Source: an uncultured Acetobacteraceae bacterium
Lineage (GTDB): Bacteria; Pseudomonadota; Alphaproteobacteria; Acetobacterales; Acetobacteraceae
DNA: 50,143 nt
Direction of reading: 5' to 3'
Assembly: GCA_964244305.1 (NCBI GenBank)
Contig: CAXTJW010000001.1
Span: forward strand, 1-50,143
Part shown: positions 1 to 9,281 of the stretch, piece after piece
How the letters are laid out: the number at the start of each line of letters is the position of its first letter
Numbering within the stretch: the stretch's first letter is position 1
The notes under the pieces: model-generated
The model's database searches: none
Told to the model about the DNA's origin: nothing
What the model saw: the letters and a program-made list of their open reading frames with translations, nothing else
Made by a program: the position numbers and the translations under genes

Positions 1-2
1 TG

Positions 3-782
3 ACCAAGCGCTTCGGCGCCGGGCCATCGGCCATCACCGCCGTGCAGGACGTGAGCTTCGACATTCGGCCGGGCGAGTTCGTGTCCATCATCGGCCCGTC
101 CGGCTGCGGCAAATCCACCTTGTTCGGCATGATCGGCGGCTTGGTGGACGGCTGGCAGGGCGGCATCCAGGTGGACGGCGCCGCCATACGCCCCGGGTCG
201 ACGCACCGCGGCATCGGCATGGTGTTCCAGGAGGAGAGCACCTTTCCCTGGCGCACCGTGGTCGAGAACGTCGCGCTGCCGCTAGAAGGCCGGGCCATGC
301 CGAAGTCCGAGCGCCTGGACCGTGCCCGGCACTTCATCGGCCTGGTTGGGCTGCAAGGGTTCGAGCACCGCTTCCCGCATGAGATCTCCGGCGGGATGCG
401 CCAGCGCACCGCCATCGCCCGCACCCTGGCCTACGAGCCGCGTATCCTGATGATGGACGAGCCGTTCGGCGCCCTGGACGAGCAGACCCGGCTGCTGCTG
501 GGCGACACCGTGCTGCGCATCCAGCAGGAACTGGGCCAGACCGTCCTGCTCATCACCCACAGCATCGCGGAATCCGTGCAGTTGTCCGACCGCGTGCTGG
601 TGATGACCTACCGGCCCGGCCGGCTGAAGCGCTTCGTGGACATCGACCTGCCTCGCCCGCGGTCGAGCGAGGACGTGGGCGACCCCCGCTTCGGCAAGCT
701 GGTCGCGGACATCTGGGGCGACCTGCGCGAGGAGGCCAGCCGTGGCCTGCGCGAGAGCGAACAGCAGGGCAGGGGGCACTGA
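3..782 (+). CDS. NitT/TauT-family ABC transporter ATP-binding protein (5' end outside window)
   Basis: Walker A GPSGCGKST, signature ISGGMRQR, Walker B LMMDEPFGALD, H-loop ITH; frame is open back to base 3. Confidence 0.93.
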   Translation, partial: TKRFGAGPSAITAVQDVSFDIRPGEFVSIIGPSGCGKSTLFGMIGGLVDGWQGGIQVDGAAIRPGSTHRGIGMVFQEESTFPWRTVVENVALPLEGRAMPKSERLDRARHFIGLVGLQGFEHRFPHEISGGMRQRTAIARTLAYEPRILMMDEPFGALDEQTRLLLGDTVLRIQQELGQTVLLITHSIAESVQLSDRVLVMTYRPGRLKRFVDIDLPRPRSSEDVGDPRFGKLVADIWGDLREEASRGLRESEQQGRGH

Positions 783-2257
783 TGGTAATCGACTCGATTG
801 GCGGCGCGTCCGTGGTGTTCCCGGACCAGCGCGGCCTGTATTACGGCGGCGCCTGGCACGACGCGGCCGGCGGCGCGATGCAGGAAACAACCAGCCCGTC
901 CACTGGACAGTCCCTCGGGCACGTTGCCTGGGCCGAGGCGTCCGACGTGGACGCGGCGGTGCGCGCGGCGCTGGTAGGCTTCCATGAATGGCGCCGCGTC
1001 CGCCCGCTGGAGCGCGGGCGCATCCTGCGCGAGGCCGCTGTCGTCATCCGCGCCAACGGGCGGGAGCTGGCGCTGATTGACGCCGCCGACTGCGGCAACC
1101 CGGTCGCCGAGATGGTGCGGGACGCCGAGATCGCGGCCACGAGCCTGGAGTACTTCGCCGGGTTGGTGCTGGAATTGAAGGGCGACACCCTCCCGGTCGG
1201 CGAGGGGATGCTGAACTACACCGTGCGGGAACCGCTGGGCGTCGTCGTGCGGATCAACGCCTACAACCACCCGTTCATGTTCGCCGCCATGCGCGCCGGC
1301 CCACCCTTGGCGGCTGGCAACAGCATGATCGTGAAGCCGCCGGAGCAGGCGCCGCTATCGTCCCTGCGCCTGGCGGAGCTGATCGGCCCCCTGTTCCCGC
1401 CCGGCGTCTTCAACGTCCTGCCCGGCGGCCGCGCCTGCGGAGAGGCGCTGGTCGCCCATCCCGGCGTGGCGAAGGTGGGCGTCATCGGCTCGGTCCCCAC
1501 GGGCCGCGCCGTGCTGCGGGGCGCGGCCGACACCATGAAGAAGGTCGGGCTGGAGCTGGGCGGCAAGAACGCGCTGATCGCCTACCCCGACGCGGACCTG
1601 GACAAGGTCGCGGCGGGCGTCGTGCGCGGCATGAACTTCGCCTGGTGCGGGCAAAGCTGCGGCAGCACGTCGCGCGCCTTCCTGCACGACAGCCTGCATG
1701 ACGCGGTGCTGGACCGTGTGACGGCGCTGGTCCGCGCCGTCCGTCCGGGCCTGCCCACCCGGTTCGAGAGCCAGATGGGCTGCCTCGTCAGCCGGGCGCA
1801 ATACGACAAGGTGCTGCGTTACGTCGCCTGGGGCCAGGAGGACGGCGCCCGCCTGGTCTGCGGCGGCGTCCCGCCCAGCGACCCGGCGCTGGCGGACGGG
1901 TTTTTCATCGAACCCGCGGTGTTCGCGGGCGTGACACAGGACATGCGGATCGCACAGGAGGAAATCTTTGGCCCCGTGCTGTCCGTGCTGCGCTGGTCGG
2001 ACGACGACGCGATGCTGGCCGACGTGAACAGCGTCGAGTACGGGCTGACGTGCAGCATCTGGACGCGCGACCTGTCCACCTCGCACCGCACGGCGGCACG
2101 TGTCGAGGCGGGCTATGTTTGGATCAACGGCTCCAGCTTCCACACCCTCGGAGCGCCTTTTGGCGGCTACAAGCAGTCGGGACTTGGCCGGGAAGAGAGC
2201 CTGGATGAGCTTCTGGACTGCACGCAGCAGAAGAACGTCAATGTCACACTGGACTAG
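782..2257 (+). CDS. Aldehyde dehydrogenase, PhdK (2-carboxybenzaldehyde dehydrogenase)-like subfamily
   Basis: LELGGKNA (catalytic Glu), GMNFAWCGQSCGSTSR (catalytic Cys in a PhdK-like context, recalled from family consensus), EEIFGPV, PFGGYKQSG. Confidence 0.9.
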   Translation: MVIDSIGGASVVFPDQRGLYYGGAWHDAAGGAMQETTSPSTGQSLGHVAWAEASDVDAAVRAALVGFHEWRRVRPLERGRILREAAVVIRANGRELALIDAADCGNPVAEMVRDAEIAATSLEYFAGLVLELKGDTLPVGEGMLNYTVREPLGVVVRINAYNHPFMFAAMRAGPPLAAGNSMIVKPPEQAPLSSLRLAELIGPLFPPGVFNVLPGGRACGEALVAHPGVAKVGVIGSVPTGRAVLRGAADTMKKVGLELGGKNALIAYPDADLDKVAAGVVRGMNFAWCGQSCGSTSRAFLHDSLHDAVLDRVTALVRAVRPGLPTRFESQMGCLVSRAQYDKVLRYVAWGQEDGARLVCGGVPPSDPALADGFFIEPAVFAGVTQDMRIAQEEIFGPVLSVLRWSDDDAMLADVNSVEYGLTCSIWTRDLSTSHRTAARVEAGYVWINGSSFHTLGAPFGGYKQSGLGREESLDELLDCTQQKNVNVTLD

Positions 2258-2267
2258 CGGACGTCTT

Positions 2268-3212
2268 ATGAGCTGGAAGCTGCTGCTTGCTGCAGTGATG
2301 CTGGCGACCAGCGCCCAGGCGGAGACGCTGAAGCTCGCGGTGGGCCAGAAGGGCTTCTGGGACACCAGCATCGCAGCCTGGGGCGAGCGTGCCGGGTTTT
2401 TCAAGCAGGAGGGGCTGGACCTCGACATCCTCTACACGGACGGCGGGTCGCAGACGCAGCAGGCGGTGATCTCAGGCGGCGTGCAGGTCGGCATCGGCGT
2501 GGGCACGCTGGGCGTGCTGGCGGCGGCGGTGAAGGGTGCGCCGGTGCGGGTGATCGCCGCCGAGTGGCACGGGGCATCGGACCTGTTCTGGTATGTGCGG
2601 GCGGACAGTCCGGTGCATTCGATGAAGGACGCGGCGGGGCGGAGCGCGGCGTTCTCCGCCGCCGGGTCGTCGTCCAATCTGGTGCTGCTGGCGTTGCTGG
2701 AGGCCGCCGGGGTAAGGGCGCGGCCGACGCCCACGGGCGGCCCGGGCGCGACGCTGACGCAGGTCATGTCCGGGCAGATCGACATCGGCTGGTCGCTGCC
2801 GCCCATCGGCCTGGACGAGGAGGAAGCAGGGCGCATCCGCATCATCGCCCGGGGTGGTGACCTGCCGGCGCTGGCGGAGCAGACGACGCGGGTGAACATC
2901 GCCAATGCGGCATGGTTGCGCGACAATCGCGCTGCGGCCGTCCGGTTCGCTCGCGCCTACAATCACAGCCTCGCCTTCGCCTACTCCGACCCGCAGGCCA
3001 TCGCCTGGTTCGCCGAGGGCCTGAACATCGACCCGGCGCTGGCCCAGCGCGTGCGCGACAGCTACTACCCCGCCGCCGCCATGCAGCCGGACGTGATGAA
3101 TGGCCTGCCCGCAACCCTGCGCGACATGGTGGACCAGAAGCGCGTGCAGCCGGGCACTGTCGTCGAGCAGTTCGCCGCGTCCATCGACCTGCTGCCCGGA
3201 GCCGCCCCATGA
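2268..3212 (+). CDS. ABC substrate-binding protein, SsuA/THI5 (NitT/TauT) family
   Basis: Signal peptide MSWKLLLAAVMLATSAQA; GFFKQEGLDLDI motif; start placed at ATG 2268, not 2100. Confidence 0.88.
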   Translation: MSWKLLLAAVMLATSAQAETLKLAVGQKGFWDTSIAAWGERAGFFKQEGLDLDILYTDGGSQTQQAVISGGVQVGIGVGTLGVLAAAVKGAPVRVIAAEWHGASDLFWYVRADSPVHSMKDAAGRSAAFSAAGSSSNLVLLALLEAAGVRARPTPTGGPGATLTQVMSGQIDIGWSLPPIGLDEEEAGRIRIIARGGDLPALAEQTTRVNIANAAWLRDNRAAAVRFARAYNHSLAFAYSDPQAIAWFAEGLNIDPALAQRVRDSYYPAAAMQPDVMNGLPATLRDMVDQKRVQPGTVVEQFAASIDLLPGAAP

Positions 3213-4174
3213 AGCGCCGCATCGTCCTGTCCGGCCTGCTGGCGGCACCCGCCCTGCTGTCCCGTCCCGCCTGGGCCGCCGATGCGTTGAAGGTCGCCGT
3301 GGGCCAGCGCGGCGCATGGGACACCTCGCCCTGCGCATTCGGCGACCGGCTCGGCTTCTTCAAGGACGCCGGACTGACGCTGGATTTGCTTTATACCGGC
3401 GGCGGGACCGAAACGCTGCAAGCCGTGACCTCGGGCGGCGTGGATTGCGGCGTCGGCGCCGGGATGCTGGCGATCCTGGGCGTGGCCGCCCGCAACGGAC
3501 CCGTCCGCATCCTGTCCAGCAACTTCCGCGGCGCCAGCGACACATTTTGGTATGCCAAGGCCGATAGCGGGATCAAGTCGTTCAAGGACGCAGGCGGTCA
3601 CACCGTGGCGTACAGCACCACCGGGTCGTCCTCCAATCTCGTGTCCACCCGGCTGCTGCAACTGGCGGGCGTCACCACGGCGCGCGGCGTGCCGACCGGG
3701 GACCCGGTGACGACGCTGACCCAGGTCATGAGCGGCCAGGTGGACATCGGCTACTCCTTGCCGCCGATCGCTTTCCCGGACATCGAGGCCGGGCGGCTGG
3801 TGTCCCTCGGCTCCGGCGAGGCCGTGCCGGAGTTCCGGGACCAGACGGTGCGCTGCCTGGTGGCGACGCCGGGCTTCGTGGGCGAGCGGCGAGAGGTCGC
3901 GGCGCGGTTCCTGCAAGCCTACCACCGCACCATCGAGTGGATGTACGCGAACGACCAGGCGCTGGACTGGTTTGCAGAAGGCGCCAACGCAACCCGCGCC
4001 CAGGCCGAGCGCGCCCGGACCGAATTCTACCCGCGCGACGCGCTGCGCCTGGGCCTGCCGGGCAACCTGGCGCTGAGCGAGCAGCAGACCATCGAGCTGA
4101 AGCGCATGGCCCGCCCCCTGACGGACGAGCAGAAGGCGCGGTTGATCCAGGTTCCGTGGATGCCGCCCGCGTGA
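3209..4174 (+). CDS. Second SsuA/THI5-family substrate-binding protein (paralogue of the preceding gene)
   Basis: ATGA overlap; MKRRIVLSGLLAAPALLSRPAWA signal; shares AVGQxGxWDTS and TLTQVMSGQxDIG with 2268..3212. Confidence 0.88.
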   Translation: MKRRIVLSGLLAAPALLSRPAWAADALKVAVGQRGAWDTSPCAFGDRLGFFKDAGLTLDLLYTGGGTETLQAVTSGGVDCGVGAGMLAILGVAARNGPVRILSSNFRGASDTFWYAKADSGIKSFKDAGGHTVAYSTTGSSSNLVSTRLLQLAGVTTARGVPTGDPVTTLTQVMSGQVDIGYSLPPIAFPDIEAGRLVSLGSGEAVPEFRDQTVRCLVATPGFVGERREVAARFLQAYHRTIEWMYANDQALDWFAEGANATRAQAERARTEFYPRDALRLGLPGNLALSEQQTIELKRMARPLTDEQKARLIQVPWMPPA

Positions 4175-4908
4175 TCCCCCGCCTGCTGCTGCCCGCAACC
4201 GTCGCCGTCCTGGCCCTGTTCTGGCAGGCCGCCGCCGCTGCCGGCTGGATCGACCCCTTCACCGTCCCGCCGCCCAGCGAGATCCTGGCCGGCCTGCCGC
4301 AACTTGTGATGGAAGAAGGGCTGGGACCGCGCTTCCTGACCACCTTTCTCGAGGCGTTCGCCGCAGCCGGGCTGGCGGTAGTGGTCGGCGTCCCGCTCGG
4401 CCTGCTGCTGCACCGCAGCCGCCTGGCCGGGTGCGCGTTTGAGCCATGGGTGGCCGCCCTCGCCGCGGCCCCGCTGGTGCTGCTGTATCCGCTGTTCCTG
4501 GTGCTGGTCGGCCGCAACCTCGGGACCGTCGTGCTGATGGGCGCGCTGGCCGGGCTGCCGGCCATGGTGCTGAAGACCAAGGAGGGCTTCGACGCCACCC
4601 GCCCGGTGCTGTTGCACGTCGCCCGCGGTTTCGGCATGTCGCGGGCGCAGGTGTTCCGCAAGGTTCTGGTGCCCTCCGCCGTGCCGACGCTCGCCAACGG
4701 CGTGCGGCTGGCGCTGGTGTTCGCGCTCATCAACATCGTCGGCGTCGAGTTCCTGGTGAACCTCGGGGGCCTGGGCCAGCTCATCGCCGACCTGTCCGAC
4801 CGCTACGAGTTGCCGCTGATGTATGGCGCCGTGCTGTTCGTCATCCTGGTCAGCACCTGCTTCTTCGTGCTGACCGAGCGGATCGAGCGCTGGATGCGTC
4901 CGGCATGA
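4171..4908 (+). CDS. ABC transporter permease (NitT/TauT)
   Basis: GTGA overlap, hydrophobic segments, EAA-like loop VARGFGMSRAQVFRKVLVP. Confidence 0.88.
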   Translation: MIPRLLLPATVAVLALFWQAAAAAGWIDPFTVPPPSEILAGLPQLVMEEGLGPRFLTTFLEAFAAAGLAVVVGVPLGLLLHRSRLAGCAFEPWVAALAAAPLVLLYPLFLVLVGRNLGTVVLMGALAGLPAMVLKTKEGFDATRPVLLHVARGFGMSRAQVFRKVLVPSAVPTLANGVRLALVFALINIVGVEFLVNLGGLGQLIADLSDRYELPLMYGAVLFVILVSTCFFVLTERIERWMRPA

Positions 4909-5657
4909 GGCGGGTCGCCCTGGCCCGCCTCGGCGCCGCGCTGGTATTGCTGGTCCTTTGGGAGGGGGCAGCCCGGTCCGGCTGGTTCTACCAGGGCGTC
5001 CTGCCCTCCGTTCTAGCCATCGCCGCCGCGCTGGGTGTGCTGCTGGCGGACCCGGCGTTCTGGCGGCACCTGGGGATCACGGCCTTCGAGGTCCTGTGCG
5101 CGCTGCTGATCGGCGGCATCCTCGGGATCGCATGCGGCATCCTGGTCGGCGGCGGGCGGCTGCTGCGGCGGGTGTACGAGCCGGCGCTGCATTACCTGGC
5201 GCCGACGCCAAAGATCGTCTTCCTGCCCATCCTGATCGCGCTGTGCGGCGTCGGGCCGTCTTCCAAGGTCGCGCTGGGCGCGCTGTCCTGTTTCTTCCCG
5301 CTGGCGCTCAGCGTCGCGTCGGGGATGGCCGGGATCAACCCAGTGCATCTCCGCGTCGCCCGCAGCTTCGGCCTGTCCCGCCTGCGCACACTGCGCAGCG
5401 TCGTGCTGCCCTCACTCGTACGCCCCTTGGCAACTGGGTTGCGTCTGGGCCTGGGCGTGGCGGTGATCGGGTGCCTGCTGGGCGAGATCAAGCTGTCCAA
5501 CCGGGGGCTCGGCTTCCTGGCCATTCAATACTACGGCCAGTTCCGCATCCCACAGATGTACGCCGTCCTGCTGGTGGTGTTCGCACTGGCGGGCTTGGGC
5601 AACGCCGCCGCCGGGCGCCTCCGCCCGCGCGGCGCCACCGCAGGAGCAACACCTTGA
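4905..5657 (+). CDS. ABC transporter permease (NitT/TauT)
   Basis: ATGA overlap, PKIVFLP motif, EAA-like VARSFGLSRLRTLRSVVLP. Confidence 0.88.
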   Translation: MRRVALARLGAALVLLVLWEGAARSGWFYQGVLPSVLAIAAALGVLLADPAFWRHLGITAFEVLCALLIGGILGIACGILVGGGRLLRRVYEPALHYLAPTPKIVFLPILIALCGVGPSSKVALGALSCFFPLALSVASGMAGINPVHLRVARSFGLSRLRTLRSVVLPSLVRPLATGLRLGLGVAVIGCLLGEIKLSNRGLGFLAIQYYGQFRIPQMYAVLLVVFALAGLGNAAAGRLRPRGATAGATP

Positions 5658-6388
5658 CCAAGAGCAACCACGACCACGCCATCGCCGACGTGCTGAACCA
5701 GCTCGTGCTCGCCAACCGCATCCTGGCGCGGGAGGACGTGATCGACGACTTCGGCCACGTCAGCGTGCGGCATCCGATGGACCCCGGGCGCTATTTCCTG
5801 TCCCGGTCGCGGTCGCCGGAGATCGTCACGCGCGACGACCTGATGGAGTTCACGCTGGATGGGGAGCCGTTGGACCCGCGCGGCCGCGCGACGTACCGGG
5901 AGCGCGCGCTGCACGGCGCCACCTACATGGCCCGGCCGGACGTGCATGCCGTCACCCACCACCATGCCCGCCCGGTGCTGCCGTTCACGATGGGCCATGT
6001 GAAGCTGCGTCCGGTGTTCCACATGGCGTCCGTCATCGGCCACCAGGTCCCGGTGTGGGACAGCCAGACGGAGTTCGGCGACACCAACATGCTGATCGAG
6101 ACGATGCCGCAAGGACATGCGATGGCGCGTGCGCTGGGGCCGGAGCGATGCGTGCTGATCCGCGGCCACGGCGCGACCTGTGCCGGGGCGTCGCTTCGGG
6201 AGGTCGTGTTCGTGTCCATCTACATGAAGGAGAACGCCGAGGCGCTGCTGCGGATGCTGCCGTTGGGAGAGCCGACCTACCTGACGCCGGGCGAGATAAA
6301 CCAGTGCCGGGCGATGCTGCTGTCCGACCTGCCGCAGAACCGGACGTGGGACTACAGGATTGCGCGGGCGGGGTTTGCGGGGATGTGA
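5654..6388 (+). CDS. Class II aldolase/adducin-fold protein, resembling hydroxy-(hetero)aryl dicarboxylate decarboxylases
   Basis: TTG start after AGGAG; FGHVSVR, ERALH, THHH, RGHG metal motifs; resembles 3-hydroxy-2-methylpyridine-4,5-dicarboxylate decarboxylase (from memory). Confidence 0.85.
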   Translation: MTKSNHDHAIADVLNQLVLANRILAREDVIDDFGHVSVRHPMDPGRYFLSRSRSPEIVTRDDLMEFTLDGEPLDPRGRATYRERALHGATYMARPDVHAVTHHHARPVLPFTMGHVKLRPVFHMASVIGHQVPVWDSQTEFGDTNMLIETMPQGHAMARALGPERCVLIRGHGATCAGASLREVVFVSIYMKENAEALLRMLPLGEPTYLTPGEINQCRAMLLSDLPQNRTWDYRIARAGFAGM

Positions 6389-6399
6389 GTGCGAGCCTG

Positions 6400-7311
6400 T
6401 CAGCCCACCACCATGAAGCGGCCCGGTACACCCGTATCCGACAGCAGCCCAGCCGCCAACCGCATCAGCAGCGCCGCCACCTCTGGCTCCTGCCGGTCGG
6501 GGGCTTGAAGCAGGTAAAGCGTGCGCGACAGCGCCGGGCCAGCGACAGGCCGGGCCACCAACTCGCCTGCCTCGATCTCCCGCCTCGCCGTGCCCCACGG
6601 CAGGACGGTCGAGGCGAGCCCGGCGGCCACAACCTGCTTGATCGCCGTCATGGATTGCAGCTCGAAGCTGATACGCAGCGGCACGCCCAGGCTGGCGGCG
6701 CCGTCTTCCACCGTGCGGCGGACGCTGTCGCCGCCGCCGGGCAGGGCCAGCTTGGCTGCCAGGACGTCCCGCAGCTCCACTGGTCCGTCCGGGGCGGGCG
6801 GGGCCGTCACCATGAACAATTCCTCCCGCAGCAGCGCCGTGCGGTGCAGGCGCGGGCTGTCTGGGACGTTGTAGGCCAGCGCCAGGTCCAGCCGCCCGGC
6901 CTCCGCCCATTCCAGCAGGACATGGCTCAATTCCTCGACCAGACGCAGCGTGACGCCGGGCAGCGCCTCGGCCCCCGCTGCCAGGATGCGGCTGGCGAGC
7001 ATGGAGGCCATGCTGGGGCTGAGGCCGACCATCACCGTCCGCTGGCCGGCCACCGCGGCGCCGCGGACCTCGGCCCGTGCCTGCGCGATCCGGGCCATGA
7101 CGTCGCCGGCCATCGCCAGCACGCGCTCCCCGGCAGGGGTGGCCGCGACGCCTCGGCTGTGGCGAACGAGCAGCTTAGCGCCGAACGTATGCTCGAGTTG
7201 CCGGATTTGCAGGCCCAGCGCGGGCTGCGCTATGTTCAGACGCTCGGCGGCCCGGCTGATGCTGCCCAGCTCGCAGACCCGCACGAACAGCTCAAGCTGC
7301 CTGATCCGCAA
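6400..7311 (-). CDS. LysR-family regulator (Nac-like)
   Basis: N-terminal HTH GSISRAAERLNIAQPALGLQIRQLE; 303 aa. Confidence 0.93.
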   Translation of the reverse strand: MRIRQLELFVRVCELGSISRAAERLNIAQPALGLQIRQLEHTFGAKLLVRHSRGVAATPAGERVLAMAGDVMARIAQARAEVRGAAVAGQRTVMVGLSPSMASMLASRILAAGAEALPGVTLRLVEELSHVLLEWAEAGRLDLALAYNVPDSPRLHRTALLREELFMVTAPPAPDGPVELRDVLAAKLALPGGGDSVRRTVEDGAASLGVPLRISFELQSMTAIKQVVAAGLASTVLPWGTARREIEAGELVARPVAGPALSRTLYLLQAPDRQEPEVAALLMRLAAGLLSDTGVPGRFMVVG

Positions 7312-7458
7312 CGGCGCTTCCTGCGATGGCCGGGTTCAACGGACGGCGATTATGATGCCGTCTATCCCGCCGGTCATCACCCGGCCGCGCGCCATCGCAC
7401 AGGCATGGGCGGGGGAGCCAAAACGGGGCCGTGACGTGCCTCGGTCCTGAGCAAGGTG

Positions 7459-8559
7459 TCAGGCATTCCCCCGGTCCTCGCGGAACAAATGCAGCGCTTC
7501 CTGGATCGGACGGTCGGAGAAGCTGAACAGCACGCTGTCGTCGGCCGCCTCGTGCCGGACGCGGTGCCAGGACGGCACGACGAATAGGTCGCGCTTGCCC
7601 CACTCCACCACGAACTCCCCGCCGTCCCGCAGGGTAATCGTGCTGCGGCCCCGGCCCTCAATGGGCGCGAACACCGTGGCGTCCGTCGCGCGGTAGGCGG
7701 CGGTCTGGAACCCCTTGGGCAGCAGCTGAACGAAGGTGCCCATCGTCGCCATCGCGTGATTGCCGGTGATTGGGTTGGCATAGCGCATTTTGAGGCCGTG
7801 GCAGGCGTCCCACTCGTCGAGCTGCCGCATCCGCTCCAATGCGTCCCGCGTGCGGCCGTAGGGGTAGTTGAACACCGGGGAGGTGCCGCCGCCGGGCGTG
7901 TGGTCCACCGGCAGCAGGTTGGCGCCGTAGCGGGCGTCGCTGTCGCCGACCGGGCGGCTGATCGGCTGCTCGTCCTCGCCCAGGTGCTCGGCAAACGAGG
8001 CGTCCAGGAACTGCACGACGGGGATGTCCAGCCCGTCGAGCCAGAAGATCGGCGCGTCGCTGTGGTTGCCGTGGTCGTGCCAGGCCATCGGGGGCGTGAT
8101 GACGAAATCGCCCTCCTGCATAATCGTGCGCTCGCCGTTGACGGAAGTGTGGGCGCCGCCGCCCTCCAGCACGAAGCGCAGAGCGGACTGAGTGTGACGA
8201 TGGGCGGGCGCAACCTCCCCGGGCAAGACGAGCTGCACGCCGGCGTACAGGCTGGTGGTGATGCGGGATTGGCCGCGCAGGCCGGGGTTCTCCAGCACCA
8301 GGACGCGGCGCTCGGCCTCCTTGGCGGTGATCAGGCCGCCGGCCTCCATCATGGCCGCGCGTATGTCGCCGAAGCGCCATGACGCCGGGCGGCAGGGGCT
8401 GACCGGCTCGGGCGTGACCAGGTTGGCGAGCGAGGTCCACAGCGGCGTCAGGTTCTTGGCGCTGATGCGGTCGTAGAACGCCAGGCGCTCCGGCGTGTCG
8501 GTCGCGTGGGCGGCGGCAGGGGTGGTGGAAGCACTTGCCGTCATGGTGTCGGCTGGCAT
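7459..8559 (-). CDS. gtdA: Gentisate 1,2-dioxygenase (bicupin)
   Basis: AERRVLVLENPGL, PAHRHTQSALRF, WHDHGN, WLDGLD motifs; divergent from a 3-hydroxybenzoate hydroxylase. Confidence 0.95.
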   Translation of the reverse strand: MPADTMTASASTTPAAAHATDTPERLAFYDRISAKNLTPLWTSLANLVTPEPVSPCRPASWRFGDIRAAMMEAGGLITAKEAERRVLVLENPGLRGQSRITTSLYAGVQLVLPGEVAPAHRHTQSALRFVLEGGGAHTSVNGERTIMQEGDFVITPPMAWHDHGNHSDAPIFWLDGLDIPVVQFLDASFAEHLGEDEQPISRPVGDSDARYGANLLPVDHTPGGGTSPVFNYPYGRTRDALERMRQLDEWDACHGLKMRYANPITGNHAMATMGTFVQLLPKGFQTAAYRATDATVFAPIEGRGRSTITLRDGGEFVVEWGKRDLFVVPSWHRVRHEAADDSVLFSFSDRPIQEALHLFREDRGNA

Positions 8560-8589
8560 GGCGTGGTTCTCCCGTGCGGTCTTGCTTGA

Positions 8590-8628
8590 TTATTGACAGC
8601 ATACGGTCAGACCGTATGCTGTCAATAA
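8590..8628. promoter_or_regulatory. Perfect 19-1-19 inverted repeat forming symmetric divergent sigma70 promoters; probable MarR operator
   Basis: TTATTGACAGCATACGGTC-A-GACCGTATGCTGTCAATAA; TTGACA-N16-TATGCT reads on both strands. Confidence 0.85.
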
Positions 8629-8649
8629 CTGATCGGGAGGGAACCTGCC

Positions 8650-8784
8650 ATGACCGGCATGGCTGCATGCGCGCTTCCGACCCTGCACGTGTCCCATCCC
8701 CTGCGCCGGGGCAAGCAGCGGGCGCCGGGCTACTTCGTCTTCGCCGGCGCCGTCCCCGGCTGCCAGCCGGATGCGGAGAAGTAG
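8650..8784 (+). pseudogene. 44-codon ORF, probable internally deleted remnant of a GST-zeta maleylpyruvate isomerase (maiA/nagL-like)
   Basis: RBS GGGAGGG; ends FAGAVPGCQPDAEK, like the AFxxAxPxxQPDA C-terminus of MaiA; first position after the promoter. Confidence 0.5.
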
Positions 8785-8787
8785 GGC

Positions 8788-9249
8788 ATGGACACCCTGT
8801 ATGCCATGCCGGGCCACCTGATCCGCCGCGTCCAGCAGGCCAGCACGGCGCTGTTCGCGGAGGAGTGCGCCGGATTCGACCTGACCTCGGTGCAATACGC
8901 AGCGCTCGTTGCCATCCGGGAGAACCCCGGCGTGGACGCGACGCGCCTGTCCCACTTGATCGCCTTCGACCGCTCCACCCTGGGCGGCGTGCTGGAGCGG
9001 CTCGAGGCGAAGAGTTGGGTGCTCCGCTGCCCTAGCCCAGCTGACAAGCGGGTGAAGCTGCTCCGCCTGACGCTGGACGGGGAACGGCTGCTGCGCCGCG
9101 CGGAACCGGCGGTGCGCCGGGTGCAGCAGCGCTTGCTGGAGCCGCTGGCGCCCGTCGACCGCGCCGCCATGCTGCGGCTGCTGGCGCGCCTGGCCGACGT
9201 CCATAATGACATAACGCCCGTTCCGATGCGGGCCGCAGGCGGGGCATAG
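8788..9249 (+). CDS. MarR-family regulator
   Basis: PGHLIRR, DLTSVQY, DRSTLGGVLERLE, DKR wing motif. Confidence 0.92.
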   Translation: MDTLYAMPGHLIRRVQQASTALFAEECAGFDLTSVQYAALVAIRENPGVDATRLSHLIAFDRSTLGGVLERLEAKSWVLRCPSPADKRVKLLRLTLDGERLLRRAEPAVRRVQQRLLEPLAPVDRAAMLRLLARLADVHNDITPVPMRAAGGA

Positions 9250-9281
9250 CCTCCTGGCCGGACCATAACGAGGGGATCGAC

